A stretch of DNA of 64,000 nucleotides from Actinomycetota bacterium. GTDB lineage: Bacteria; Actinomycetota; Thermoleophilia; Solirubrobacterales; 70-9. The position numbers and the translations under genes are program-made. Below, piece by piece: positions 9,611 to 18,791 of this stretch; the stretch's first letter is position 1, and the number at the start of each line of letters is the position of its first letter. The notes below the pieces were generated by a model. It ran no database searches and was not told where the DNA came from. It saw only the letters and a program-made list of their open reading frames with translations. The DNA is taken from positions 9,114-73,113 of the forward strand of contig JBKPIV010000009.1 in the NCBI GenBank assembly GCA_046730395.1, written 5' to 3'.

Positions 9611-10723
9611 GTGGCCACCACGGCGCTGAAACGCACGGCCCTGTACGAGACGCACCGCGCGGCGGGCGCGAAGCTGGTGCCCTTCGCCGGCTGGGAGATG
9701 CCGGTGCAGTACGAGGGGGTCAGGCCGGAGCATCTCGCGGTGCGCTCGAGCTGCGGGGTCTTCGACGTCTCGCATATGGGTGAGGTCGCGACGGAGGGCC
9801 CCGAGGCGGGAGCGCTCCTGCAGCGACTGCTCTCCAACGACGTCTCGAAGCTCGAGATCGGGGGAGCGCAGTACTCGGTCCTCTGTCGCGAGGACGGCGG
9901 CATCCTCGACGACCTCTTCACATACCGGCCGGCGGAGGACCGCTACCTCACGGTCACGAACGCCGCCAACCACGACCGCGACCACGCCTGGTTCGCCGAA
10001 CACGCCGCCGACTTCGACGCCTCGGTCAGGGACGCGATCAACGACTACGCGATGCTTGCGGTCCAGGGCCCGGAGGCCCGCTCCATCGTCGGCGGGCTCG
10101 CGGACGGCGAGCTGCCACCGCGCATGCACACCGCGACGCTTTCGGTCGCCGGCGCCCGGATGCTCGTCTGCGGCACGGGCTACACGGGGGAGGACGGCGT
10201 GGAGCTTCTGATGGCGCCGGACGCCGCCCCCGGCGTCTGGGGCGCGCTGGTCGGCGCGGGCGCGAGGCCGGCCGGCCTCGGGGCCCGCGACACGCTGCGG
10301 ATGGAGGTCTGCTTCCACCTCTACGGCAACGACATGGGCGAGGAACGCAACCCGATCGAGGCCGGCCTCGGCTGGTGCTGCAAGGAGGGCACCGGCTTCA
10401 TCGGCAGCCAGGCGGTCGCGGCGGCGCGCGAGCGCGGAACGGATCAGAAGCTGGCCCCCTTCGTCCTCACCGGTCCCGGGATCCCACGGCAGGGAAATGC
10501 CGTCGTCGCGGACGGGCGGGAGGTCGGCGTCGTGACCAGCGGGACCCTCTCGCCCTCGCTCGAGGTGGGGATCGGGATGGGCTACCTCGCGGCCGAGCTG
10601 GCCGCGCCGGGCACCGCGGTGCAGATCGACGTCCGGGGCAAGCGGCGGCCGGCGCGCATAGAGTCGAAGCCCCTGTACGACCCGAAGCGTCGCGCGGCGG
10701 ACGGCGACGGAAAGGAGGCCTGA
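9611..10723 (+). CDS. gcvT: Glycine cleavage system aminomethyltransferase (T protein)
   Basis: The N-terminus TALYETHRAAGAKLVPFAGWEMPVQY is typical of GcvT. It is followed by gcvH and gcvP. Confidence 0.9.
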   Translation: MATTALKRTALYETHRAAGAKLVPFAGWEMPVQYEGVRPEHLAVRSSCGVFDVSHMGEVATEGPEAGALLQRLLSNDVSKLEIGGAQYSVLCREDGGILDDLFTYRPAEDRYLTVTNAANHDRDHAWFAEHAADFDASVRDAINDYAMLAVQGPEARSIVGGLADGELPPRMHTATLSVAGARMLVCGTGYTGEDGVELLMAPDAAPGVWGALVGAGARPAGLGARDTLRMEVCFHLYGNDMGEERNPIEAGLGWCCKEGTGFIGSQAVAAARERGTDQKLAPFVLTGPGIPRQGNAVVADGREVGVVTSGTLSPSLEVGIGMGYLAAELAAPGTAVQIDVRGKRRPARIESKPLYDPKRRAADGDGKEA

Positions 10724-11119
10724 GTGGCAGAGGAGAGCTACCCGGAGGAGCTGCGCTACCACCCCGAGCACGACTGGGCCCGAGTCGAGGACACGGAGGC
10801 GACCTTCGGCATCACCTGGTACGCCCAGGACGCGCTCGGCGAGGTCGTCTTCTACGAGCCTCCTGAGGTCGGGTCCGAGGTGACCAAGGACCAGGCCTAC
10901 GCGGAGGTCGAGTCGGTGAAGGCGGTATCCGACGTCTACGCGCCGCTCTCCGGGGAGATCCTCGCCGTCAACGACGCCGTAGCCGACAACCCGGAGCTCG
11001 TCAACGAGGACCCGTACGGTGAGGGATGGCTGGTCAAGGTGAGGCCCTCCGATCCCTCCGAGGCCGACCAGCTCATGGACGCGGCGGCTTATCGAAAGCT
11101 CCTCGAGGAGTCCGGCTAG
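10724..11119 (+). CDS. gcvH: Glycine cleavage system H protein (lipoyl carrier)
   Basis: A 131-aa protein with the lipoyl-lysine motif EVESVKAVSDVYAPLSGE. The start abuts the gcvT stop. Confidence 0.9.
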   Translation: MAEESYPEELRYHPEHDWARVEDTEATFGITWYAQDALGEVVFYEPPEVGSEVTKDQAYAEVESVKAVSDVYAPLSGEILAVNDAVADNPELVNEDPYGEGWLVKVRPSDPSEADQLMDAAAYRKLLEESG

Positions 11120-11193
11120 ACGGAGCCACCGGATGCCCTCGTAGCAAGCGCCGCGGCCCGCCTCACTAGGATCAATCGAGGAGTGAGTCGCGG

Positions 11194-12603
11194 GTGACCA
11201 GATACACCTCCGCAACCGACGCCGACCGGGGGGCGATGCTGAGCGCCATCGGCGTGGCCTCGGTGGACGAGCTGTTCGCCGACGTCCCGACCGATCTTCG
11301 CCTCGGCCGGCCGCTGGACCTCCCCGACGGCCTCTCGGAGACGGAGTGCTTCGACCACCTCTCGGCGCTCGCCGCCCGCAACGCCGACGCCGAGTCAGAG
11401 CTCTGCTTCCTGGGCGCCGGGATGTACGACCACTACGCGCCGGCGATCGTCGACGCGATCACGCAGCGCTCGGAGTTCCTGACCCCGTACACCCCGTACC
11501 AGCCCGAGGTCTCCCAGGGGGGCCTGCAGGTGATGTTCGAGTTCCAGACGGCGATCTCGGAGCTGACCGCCCTCCCGATCTCCAACGCCTCGCTGTACGA
11601 GGGGCCCTCGTCGGTCGCTTCCGCCGCGTATCTCGCGATGGGCGCCACGCGCCGCCGGCGGCTGGTCGTCTCCCGCGGCCTTCACCCGCACAGCCGCGAG
11701 ACGCTCGTCACCTACGGGCGGGGATTCGGGGCCGAGGTGGTGGAGGTGGGCCTCGAGGGAGGGCTGACGGACGCCTCGGAGCTGGCGCAGGCGCTCGATA
11801 CCGACGTCGCCGCGGTGTTCTGCCAGAACCCGAACTTCCTCGGAGCGGTCGAGGACCTCGAGGCGCTCGCCGCGGCGGCCAAGGAGGTGGGCGCTCTGAC
11901 CGTGGCCTCGGTTGACGCGCTCACCCTCGGGGTCCTGCGGCCCCCCGGGGAATGTGGCGTCGACATCGCGGTGGGGGAGGGCCAGCCCCTCGGCGGCAGG
12001 CTGGACTACGGCGGTCCCTCGTTCGGGTTCTTCTGCGCCACGGAGGAGCACCTGCGCCGGATGCCGGGGCGGATCGCTGGCGAGACCACCGACGCCGACG
12101 GGCGCCGCGGCTTCGTGCTCGCCCTGCAGACGCGCGAGCAGCACATCCGCCGCGAGAAGGCGACGCACAACATCTGCACCTCGCAGGCGCTGAACGCGCT
12201 CGGCGGGGTCGTCTACCTGGCATGGCTCGGAAAGCGCGGGATCGTCGAGCTAGGCGAGCTCATGTGCCGGCGAACCGCGTACGCGCGCGAGCGGCTGGGG
12301 GCGATCGACGGCGCCGGGCTCCTGCACGACGCGCCCGTGGCGCGGGAGTTCGCGCTGCGGTTGGACGTCCCGGTGCCCGAGGTGCTGGATCGGGTCGCCG
12401 AGGACGAGATCGCCGCCGGGTATTGGCTGGGTAGGGAGTACCCCGAGTACGACGACGGCCTGCTGGTCGCGATCACCGAGCGGCGGTCCAAGGAGGACAT
12501 CGACCGGCTCGCGGACTCGCTCCAGGCCGCGATCGCATCGAGTGTCGAGTTTGTTCGCCCAGCGCCAACAAAGTCGACGCTCGTTGGGGAGGCCGGGCCG
12601 TGA
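11194..12603 (+). CDS. gcvPA: Glycine dehydrogenase (decarboxylating) subunit 1
   Basis: Split P-protein N-terminal subunit (YTPYQPEVSQGGLQ motif). It overlaps gcvPB by 4 nt. Confidence 0.9.
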   Translation: MTRYTSATDADRGAMLSAIGVASVDELFADVPTDLRLGRPLDLPDGLSETECFDHLSALAARNADAESELCFLGAGMYDHYAPAIVDAITQRSEFLTPYTPYQPEVSQGGLQVMFEFQTAISELTALPISNASLYEGPSSVASAAYLAMGATRRRRLVVSRGLHPHSRETLVTYGRGFGAEVVEVGLEGGLTDASELAQALDTDVAAVFCQNPNFLGAVEDLEALAAAAKEVGALTVASVDALTLGVLRPPGECGVDIAVGEGQPLGGRLDYGGPSFGFFCATEEHLRRMPGRIAGETTDADGRRGFVLALQTREQHIRREKATHNICTSQALNALGGVVYLAWLGKRGIVELGELMCRRTAYARERLGAIDGAGLLHDAPVAREFALRLDVPVPEVLDRVAEDEIAAGYWLGREYPEYDDGLLVAITERRSKEDIDRLADSLQAAIASSVEFVRPAPTKSTLVGEAGP

Positions 12604-14147
12604 GCGCGACCGCTGCCACACCTACCCCGCCATCGACGGCCGAGATCCCCACGGCGCAGCAGCGCGAGCATGCGACCACGATCTTCGAGCGCTCCGTTCC
12701 GGGCCGCCGCGCCGCCACCCTGCCGCCGTGCGACGTCCCCGAGCGGCCGATCTCAGAGCTGATCCCCCCGAACCTGCTGCGCGAGCGCCCGCCGGAGCTG
12801 CCCGAGGTCTCCGAACCCGAGATCGTTCGCCACTACAACCGCCTCTCGCGCCGCAACTTCGACCTGGACACCGGGCCTTATCCGCTCGGCTCGTGCACGA
12901 TGAAGCACAACCCGCGCCTGAACGAGCGGGTGGCGGCCCTTCCGGGTCACGCCCGCCTGCATCCGGCGCAGGATCCCAAGCGCGCCCAAGGCGCGCTCGA
13001 GCTGATGTGGTGCCTGGAGCGGGCGTTGGCGGAGATCTGCGGCCTTGAGCACGTGAGCCTGCAGCCGTCCGCCGGCTCGCACGGCGAGCTGGCGGGGCTG
13101 CTCCTTACGCGGGCCTTCCACGAGGATCGCGGCACACGGAGGACGAAGGTCCTCACCCCCGACACCGCCCACGGCACCAACCCCGCCTCCGTGACGATGG
13201 CGGGCTACGAGGTGGTCAAGGTCGCCACCGATGACCGGGGTGGCGTCGACCTCGACGACCTGCGCGCGCATATCGACGACCAGGTCGCCTGCCTGATGCT
13301 CACCAACCCCAACACCCTGGGGCTCTTCGACGAGAACATCGCCGAGATCACGCGCCTCGTGCGCGAGGCGGGCGGGACGCTGTACTACGACGGCGCGAAC
13401 CTGAACGCGATCATGGGCCATACGCGGCCCGGCGACATGGGGTTCGACATCGTCCACGTGAACCTCCACAAGTCGTTCTCGCAGCCGCACGGCGGCGGCG
13501 GCCCGGGCTCGGGACCGATCGCGGTCTCGGATCGGATCGAGCCCTACCTGCCGATGCCGCGGGTCACGCGATCCGGAGGCGGCGACGGCGCCGGGCCAGT
13601 CTTCGACCTCGATTACGAGCGCCCCAAGTCAATCGGCAGGCTGCGCGGGTTCGCGGGCAACTTCGGCGTCTTCGTTCGCTCCTACGCGTACATCCGGAGC
13701 CTCGGTGGCGACGGCCTCACCGAGGCGTCGGAGACGGCGGTGCTCAACGCCAACTACCTGCTGGCGCGGCTCCGGGCAGGCCGAGCGGGAAGGCGGCTGC
13801 CGATCGCTTTCGACCGCACCTGCATGCACGAGTTCGTCCTCTCGGGCGCGCCGGCCAGGCGTGAGCTCGGGGTCAAGACCCTCGACGTCGCCAAGCGGCT
13901 CCTGGACTTCGGCTTTCACCCGCCGACCATCTACTTCCCGTTGCTCGTCGACGAGGCGCTGATGTTCGAGCCCACCGAGACCGAGACGAAGGAGGACCTG
14001 GACGCGCTCGCCGATGCGATCGATGAGATCCTGGCCGAGGCCGAGCTCGAACCCGAGATCGCCCGCAACGCCCCCTACACGACGCCCGTCCGCCGCCTCG
14101 ACGAGGCCGCCGCGAGCCGCCGCCCCGTCGTTCGCCAGCCGCTCTGA
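12600..14147 (+). CDS. gcvPB: Glycine dehydrogenase (decarboxylating) subunit 2
   Basis: PLP-lysine region HVNLHKSFSQPHGGGGPG and the GSCTMKHNP motif. Confidence 0.9.
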   Translation: MSATAATPTPPSTAEIPTAQQREHATTIFERSVPGRRAATLPPCDVPERPISELIPPNLLRERPPELPEVSEPEIVRHYNRLSRRNFDLDTGPYPLGSCTMKHNPRLNERVAALPGHARLHPAQDPKRAQGALELMWCLERALAEICGLEHVSLQPSAGSHGELAGLLLTRAFHEDRGTRRTKVLTPDTAHGTNPASVTMAGYEVVKVATDDRGGVDLDDLRAHIDDQVACLMLTNPNTLGLFDENIAEITRLVREAGGTLYYDGANLNAIMGHTRPGDMGFDIVHVNLHKSFSQPHGGGGPGSGPIAVSDRIEPYLPMPRVTRSGGGDGAGPVFDLDYERPKSIGRLRGFAGNFGVFVRSYAYIRSLGGDGLTEASETAVLNANYLLARLRAGRAGRRLPIAFDRTCMHEFVLSGAPARRELGVKTLDVAKRLLDFGFHPPTIYFPLLVDEALMFEPTETETKEDLDALADAIDEILAEAELEPEIARNAPYTTPVRRLDEAAASRRPVVRQPL

Positions 14148-14181
14148 GCGACGTCCCGCGTTCCTCGCCGGAGCGCCGGCA

Positions 14182-15027
14182 CTATCGCTCCGGCAGCTCC
14201 TGGGTCAGCTCCACGACCGGGGAGAAGAGGTCGCCCCGCTCGGCCACGCGTTCCAGCACCTGGTCCGCCTCGAACGTCAGCGAGCCCGGGTCCTCGTCCG
14301 AGAGCGCACGCTCGACCTCGTCCCACGCGAGCGGGGTGGAGACCGTGGGCCGCTCGCGCGCGCGCAGCGAGTACACCGCGACCGTCGTCTTGTGCTCGTC
14401 GTTCTGGCTCCAGTCGACGAGCACCTTCCCCTTGCGCAGGTTCTTCGCCATGCGAGAGACGACGAGGTCGGGGTCGTTGCGCTCGAGCGCCTGCGCGACG
14501 GCGTGCGCGAACGGCTTCGTCTGGTCGTAGGTGATCTCCGCGTTCAACGGCACGTACACCTGCAGCCCCTTAGAACCGGAGGTCTTCGGGAAGGACTCGA
14601 GGCCGACCCGGCTGAACAGGTCCCGGAGCCGGAGGCCGACGCGGCAGCAATCGAGGATCTCGGCCGGCGCCCCCGGATCGAGGTCGAAGGCGAGCACCGT
14701 GGGCCGCTCGATCTCGTCGGCGAGCGAGAGGGAGGGATGGAGCTCGAGGGCCGCAAGCTGCGCGAGCCAGATGAGCGTCGCCCGGTCGTTGCAGAGGCAG
14801 TAGTCGATCTCGCCCTCGTTGCGCCCGCTCCAGATCGGCGCCGTCCTCACCCACTCGGGACGATGGCCCGGGCAGCGCTTCTCGTAGAAGAAGCTCTCCG
14901 CGATGCCGTTCGGGTAGCGCTTCAGCGTCAAGGGCCGAGCCCGGAGATGGGGGACGAGCACGTCGGCGATCCGGGCGTAGTAGTCGATCACCTGGCCCTT
15001 CGTGAACCCGGCGTCGGGCCATAGCAC
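14182..15027 (-). CDS. Stand-alone LigD-type NHEJ polymerase/primase domain protein
   Basis: LWPDAGFTKGQVIDYY, RYPNG, FDLDP and SGSKGLQVYVPL motifs of the LigD Pol (archaeo-eukaryotic primase) domain. It lies directly downstream of ku. Homology continues upstream of this first canonical start codon (see findings). Confidence 0.8.
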   Translation of the reverse strand: MLWPDAGFTKGQVIDYYARIADVLVPHLRARPLTLKRYPNGIAESFFYEKRCPGHRPEWVRTAPIWSGRNEGEIDYCLCNDRATLIWLAQLAALELHPSLSLADEIERPTVLAFDLDPGAPAEILDCCRVGLRLRDLFSRVGLESFPKTSGSKGLQVYVPLNAEITYDQTKPFAHAVAQALERNDPDLVVSRMAKNLRKGKVLVDWSQNDEHKTTVAVYSLRARERPTVSTPLAWDEVERALSDEDPGSLTFEADQVLERVAERGDLFSPVVELTQELPER

Positions 15028-15068
15028 CTTGTCGAGGTTGGTCAGCTCGAGGCGGTGCCCGTCGACGT

Positions 15069-16025
15069 CTACTTGCCGGCTTTGGCCTTGCTTCGCGATC
15101 GCGACTTGCTCTGCGAGCTCTTCGAGCGGGATCCGGATTTCGAGCGCGAGCTGGAGCCGGACTTCGAGCGCGAACCCGTCCCGGACTTGGCGCGGGACCG
15201 CTGTCTCGTGCCGCCGTCCCCGCCCGCGGCGAGCGGCTCGCCCTTCACCGCGGCGAGGCTCTCCTCGAGCGCCGCCATCAGGTCGGGTGCCTTGGTCGGC
15301 TTCGGCTCCTCGGAGACGGACTCGACGATCTCCTCGCCGCGAGCCTTGCGCTCGATCAGCGAGAGGAGCTCCTCGCGGTACTCGTCGCGGTACTTCTCCG
15401 GATCGAAGTCCGAGCTGAGCGAGTCGATCAGCTGCCCGGCCATCTCGATCTCGCGCTTCTCGAGCTTGCGGCCGTCCTCCGGAATCAGGTCCTCGCCCAG
15501 CTCCGCGGGCGCGACCACCTCGTCGGCGAACCGCATCGTCGCCATCGTCAGCACCTTGCCCATCGGACGGATCGCGGCCAGGTTCTCGCGGTTGCGCAGG
15601 ACGAACCTGGCGATCGCGACCTTCCTCGCGTCGCTCATCGCCTTGACGAGCAGCGCGTAGGGCTTCTCAGCGCCCTTGTCGGGCCCGAGGTAGTAGGGGT
15701 GGTCGAAGTAGATCGGATCGATCTCGTCGAGATCGACGAAGTCCTGGATCTCGATGGCGCGCGTCTTCTTCGGGTCGAGCTCCTCCAGCTCGTCTCGGGT
15801 GAGGACGACGTACTGCTCCGGGGCGACCTCGTATCCCTTGACGATCTCCTCGTACGGAACCTCTTTGCCGTCCGACTCGGCCACCCGCTTGTGGCGGATG
15901 CGCGAGCTGTCACTCGCCCGCAGCTCCCGAAAGCTCACCGACTTGCGCGAAACCGCGCTGTACAGCTTCACGGGCACGTTCAAGAGCCCGAAGCTGATCG
16001 ATCCACTCCAAATCGCGCGTGCCAT
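15069..16025 (-). CDS. ku: NHEJ DNA end-binding protein Ku with a Ser/Arg/Lys-rich C-terminal tail
   Basis: The N-terminus MARAIWSGSISFGLLNVPVKLYSA is the canonical bacterial Ku start. The tail is RSRAKSGTGSRSKSGSSSRSKSGSRSKSSQSKSRSRSKAKAGK. Confidence 0.9.
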   Translation of the reverse strand: MARAIWSGSISFGLLNVPVKLYSAVSRKSVSFRELRASDSSRIRHKRVAESDGKEVPYEEIVKGYEVAPEQYVVLTRDELEELDPKKTRAIEIQDFVDLDEIDPIYFDHPYYLGPDKGAEKPYALLVKAMSDARKVAIARFVLRNRENLAAIRPMGKVLTMATMRFADEVVAPAELGEDLIPEDGRKLEKREIEMAGQLIDSLSSDFDPEKYRDEYREELLSLIERKARGEEIVESVSEEPKPTKAPDLMAALEESLAAVKGEPLAAGGDGGTRQRSRAKSGTGSRSKSGSSSRSKSGSRSKSSQSKSRSRSKAKAGK

Positions 16026-16108
16026 GCGTCTCTAGTACCCGAGATTACCGAGGCTTCCCTGCTCGGTCCAAGCCGGCGAACGCGATCTTGCGCTCGCCGC
16101 CGCTCCCG

Positions 16109-17614
16109 ATGGACCCGGCGATCCCGCACGACCGTAATGCCTTCGTGGCGAGACGGATCGAGGATCCTGGACTTCCGATCAAGTTCGGGCCCTGCTCGAA
16201 CGGTGAGTTCGTACCTCCGCCGCTCACCCCCGTCGAGCGCGAGGCGATCCGCGAGGCGCGCCTGGCGTGCGGCGAGAACGCGCGCAGCGGGGGAATGTCG
16301 CGGCGCCAGTTCCTGTTCACCGCCTCCGCGGCGGCGACTACCCTGCTCGCGCTCCAGGGCTGCCTCGGCGACTCCGGCAACTCGTCGGGCGGCCGCTACA
16401 CCGTCCCGGCCGAGGCCGGCGAGGATCAGGACGCCGCCCGCGCCGCGCTCGGCGGGGAGGAGTTCATCTTCGATGTCCAGGGGCACCACTTGGAGTACGA
16501 CCTGATGCCCTCGACGCGGGGCGAGCCGTTCTTCGGCTCGGTGTTCCCGCAGGTGAACTGCGGTAAGGACAACCCCCGCGCCTGCTTCGCACGCGAGGTG
16601 TTCCTGGAGGACTTCTTCATCCGCAGCGACACCGATCTGGTGACGCTGTCGGCCCTTCCGATCGCCCCGAAGGGGAGCCCGCTCTCGGCGGCGATCATGG
16701 AGGAGACCCGACAGACGGCCGAGCTCGCGTGCGGCTGGGACTCGGTGCTCCTCCATGCGCAGGCGCTGCCGAACTACGGGCCCTTGGGCACAAACCTCGA
16801 GCAGATGGAGGAGCACGCGAGCAGGTACCCGATCGCCGCCTGGAAGGTCTTCACCCACTTTCCCGACGCGTTCGGCGACCCCGGCAACGCCTGGCGCCTC
16901 GACGACGCCGACCCCAACCTTCGCCCGGTCGGACACGCGTTCATCAGCAAGGCCCGGGAGCTTAAGATCAAGACGATCTGTGCCCACAAGGGCTTCGGCG
17001 CGGGGAGCCGGTACGCGTCCCCCGAGGACGTACCGGGTGCCGCTCGCGACTTCCCGGACGTCAACTTCATCGTCTATCACTCGGGGTTCGAGGCGGGACA
17101 GCGCGAGGGCCCGTACACGGCTGCGACCGCGAACCGAGGCGTCAATCGGCTGATCACGGCGATGAAGAAGCACGGGGTGGCGCCGAACCAGAACGTCTAC
17201 GCCGAGCTCGGCTCGACTTGGTGGACGATCATGCGCGACCCTGCCCAGGCCTCACACGTGCTCGGCAAGCTGCTCCGCTATGTGGGCGAGGACAACGTCC
17301 TCTGGGGGACGGACTGCATCTTCTACGGCTCACCCCAGGATCAAATCCAGACCCTTCGGGCGTTCGAGATCTCCCGGGAGTTCCAGGAGCGCTTCGGCTA
17401 CCCCGAGCTGACGCGCGAGCTCAAGGCAAAGATCCTCGGTCTCAACGGCGCCCGGGTCTACGGCATCGAGCCGACGAGCCGGAAGTGCGAGTTCACCCGC
17501 AACGACCTCCAGGAGATCCGCCGCCAGATCGGCGGTAGACACGCTACCTACGGGCCGCGCAACGCCGCCGAGGTGCAGCGGGTGCGGGAGCACCACCGGG
17601 GCTGGCCCGGGTGA
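16109..17614 (+). CDS. Tat-exported lipoprotein, amidohydrolase-family metal-dependent hydrolase
   Basis: Twin-arginine signal (SRRQFLF) followed by the lipobox LLALQGC. The C-terminal domain resembles the amidohydrolase 2 family. The start is uncertain: ATG 16109 was chosen because the longer ORF would overlap the ku start. Confidence 0.65.
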   Translation: MDPAIPHDRNAFVARRIEDPGLPIKFGPCSNGEFVPPPLTPVEREAIREARLACGENARSGGMSRRQFLFTASAAATTLLALQGCLGDSGNSSGGRYTVPAEAGEDQDAARAALGGEEFIFDVQGHHLEYDLMPSTRGEPFFGSVFPQVNCGKDNPRACFAREVFLEDFFIRSDTDLVTLSALPIAPKGSPLSAAIMEETRQTAELACGWDSVLLHAQALPNYGPLGTNLEQMEEHASRYPIAAWKVFTHFPDAFGDPGNAWRLDDADPNLRPVGHAFISKARELKIKTICAHKGFGAGSRYASPEDVPGAARDFPDVNFIVYHSGFEAGQREGPYTAATANRGVNRLITAMKKHGVAPNQNVYAELGSTWWTIMRDPAQASHVLGKLLRYVGEDNVLWGTDCIFYGSPQDQIQTLRAFEISREFQERFGYPELTRELKAKILGLNGARVYGIEPTSRKCEFTRNDLQEIRRQIGGRHATYGPRNAAEVQRVREHHRGWPG

Positions 17615-17621
17615 CCGACCG

Positions 17622-18791
17622 TCATGGCGTGCAGCACCAGCCGGCGATCCGCGGGAAGCTGACCGCCCCGTTGGCGCCGGGGGCGAACTGGCGCGAGATC
17701 CTCGATACCGCCACGACCCTGCGGTCCGCGGGGCGGATGAACAGCCACTGGTCGGCGTCGCGCCAGCCCAGCAGGATCCAGGTTCCGTCGGGCGACCAGG
17801 CGAGGCCGGTGAACCGCCCCGGCCCGGCGAAGAGGCGACGCGTCGGCGGGCCCGTCGATGCGGTCGGCAAGAGCGCCAGCGTGCTGCTCGCGCCGTTGCG
17901 GCGCGCGAGCGCGATCGTCTTCCCGTCGGGGGAGAACGCAGCGGCTTCGGCTGGCCCCCCGGTTGGTCCCTTGGCGATCGCTCCGCCTCGCTCGCCGAGG
18001 ACCACGAAGAACGATCGAGCCAGGACAAGAAGGCGCCCGGTCGACGACCACTGAAGGCTCTTGACCCCGCCACCGAACGGAGGCGAGCGCCAGAGTGTCC
18101 TTCCCGACTCGACGTCGACCGCGTGAACCGCCTCGTCCTGGCCGACGAACGTGAGGACGTTGCGATCGACTTCCGGGGCCCAGGCGGGCGGCGTTCGGGC
18201 GGCCCGCTTGGCGAGCAGGCGGTCGTCCGTTCCGTCCCCGGCCACGACTCGCACAGAGGGCCCCGCCCGATAGGCGATCCGGATGCCGCTCGGCGCCCAG
18301 ACTGGGTCGGAGACGCGATCAGAGGATGCGAGGGACCAGCGCACGGTCCCGTCGGGTTCCAAGGCGGTGAGCTCGTGCCCACCGGTTGCGGCGACGAACA
18401 GCCCGTGGGGTGACCAGGTCGCGTCGCGATAGGAGCCGAGCAGCCGCTTGGACCCGTCCTGGCTCACAATCCAAGGGCCACGCCCGGAGGTGACGATCAG
18501 CCGGCCCGGCGCCGGCAGCGAGGTGAGCGCCGGCTTGGCGTGGTTCTGGCCGACACCGGTGACGTCCCTGAAGAGGTCGGCGACCTTGGCGCCGGCGGGG
18601 CTTAGGCCGATCGCAAGGATCAGCACGCCGACCGTGATCGCGATGAGCCAGCGCCTGACCCTTGCAGGCCGCCGGAAGGGCTGATGACCCTCGAACGCGG
18701 CGCGCACCACCCGCCAGCCGCGCTCCTCCGCCTGCCGCTCATCCGGTAGCGGGATATCGCGCAGCAGCCGACTGAGGCGCCTCTCGTTCAT
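17622..18791 (-). CDS. Membrane-anchored TolB-like (PD40 repeat) beta-propeller protein, putative ECF anti-sigma or partner protein
   Basis: A short cytoplasmic N-terminus, one TM segment (WLIAITVGVLILAIGL), then repeated xWSPDG-type PD40 motifs (TWSPHG, VWAPSG, AFSPDGK, AWSPDGT). Its ATG overlaps the sigma factor stop (ATGA). Confidence 0.6.
   Translation of the reverse strand: MNERRLSRLLRDIPLPDERQAEERGWRVVRAAFEGHQPFRRPARVRRWLIAITVGVLILAIGLSPAGAKVADLFRDVTGVGQNHAKPALTSLPAPGRLIVTSGRGPWIVSQDGSKRLLGSYRDATWSPHGLFVAATGGHELTALEPDGTVRWSLASSDRVSDPVWAPSGIRIAYRAGPSVRVVAGDGTDDRLLAKRAARTPPAWAPEVDRNVLTFVGQDEAVHAVDVESGRTLWRSPPFGGGVKSLQWSSTGRLLVLARSFFVVLGERGGAIAKGPTGGPAEAAAFSPDGKTIALARRNGASSTLALLPTASTGPPTRRLFAGPGRFTGLAWSPDGTWILLGWRDADQWLFIRPADRRVVAVSRISRQFAPGANGAVSFPRIAGWCCTP

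Noticed and set aside
15072-15215. Degenerate tandem DNA repeats at the ku 3' end, considered as a possible CRISPR or satellite array.
   Set aside because: The units are imperfect, lack spacers, and lie wholly inside the Ku reading frame, where they encode a low-complexity basic tail.
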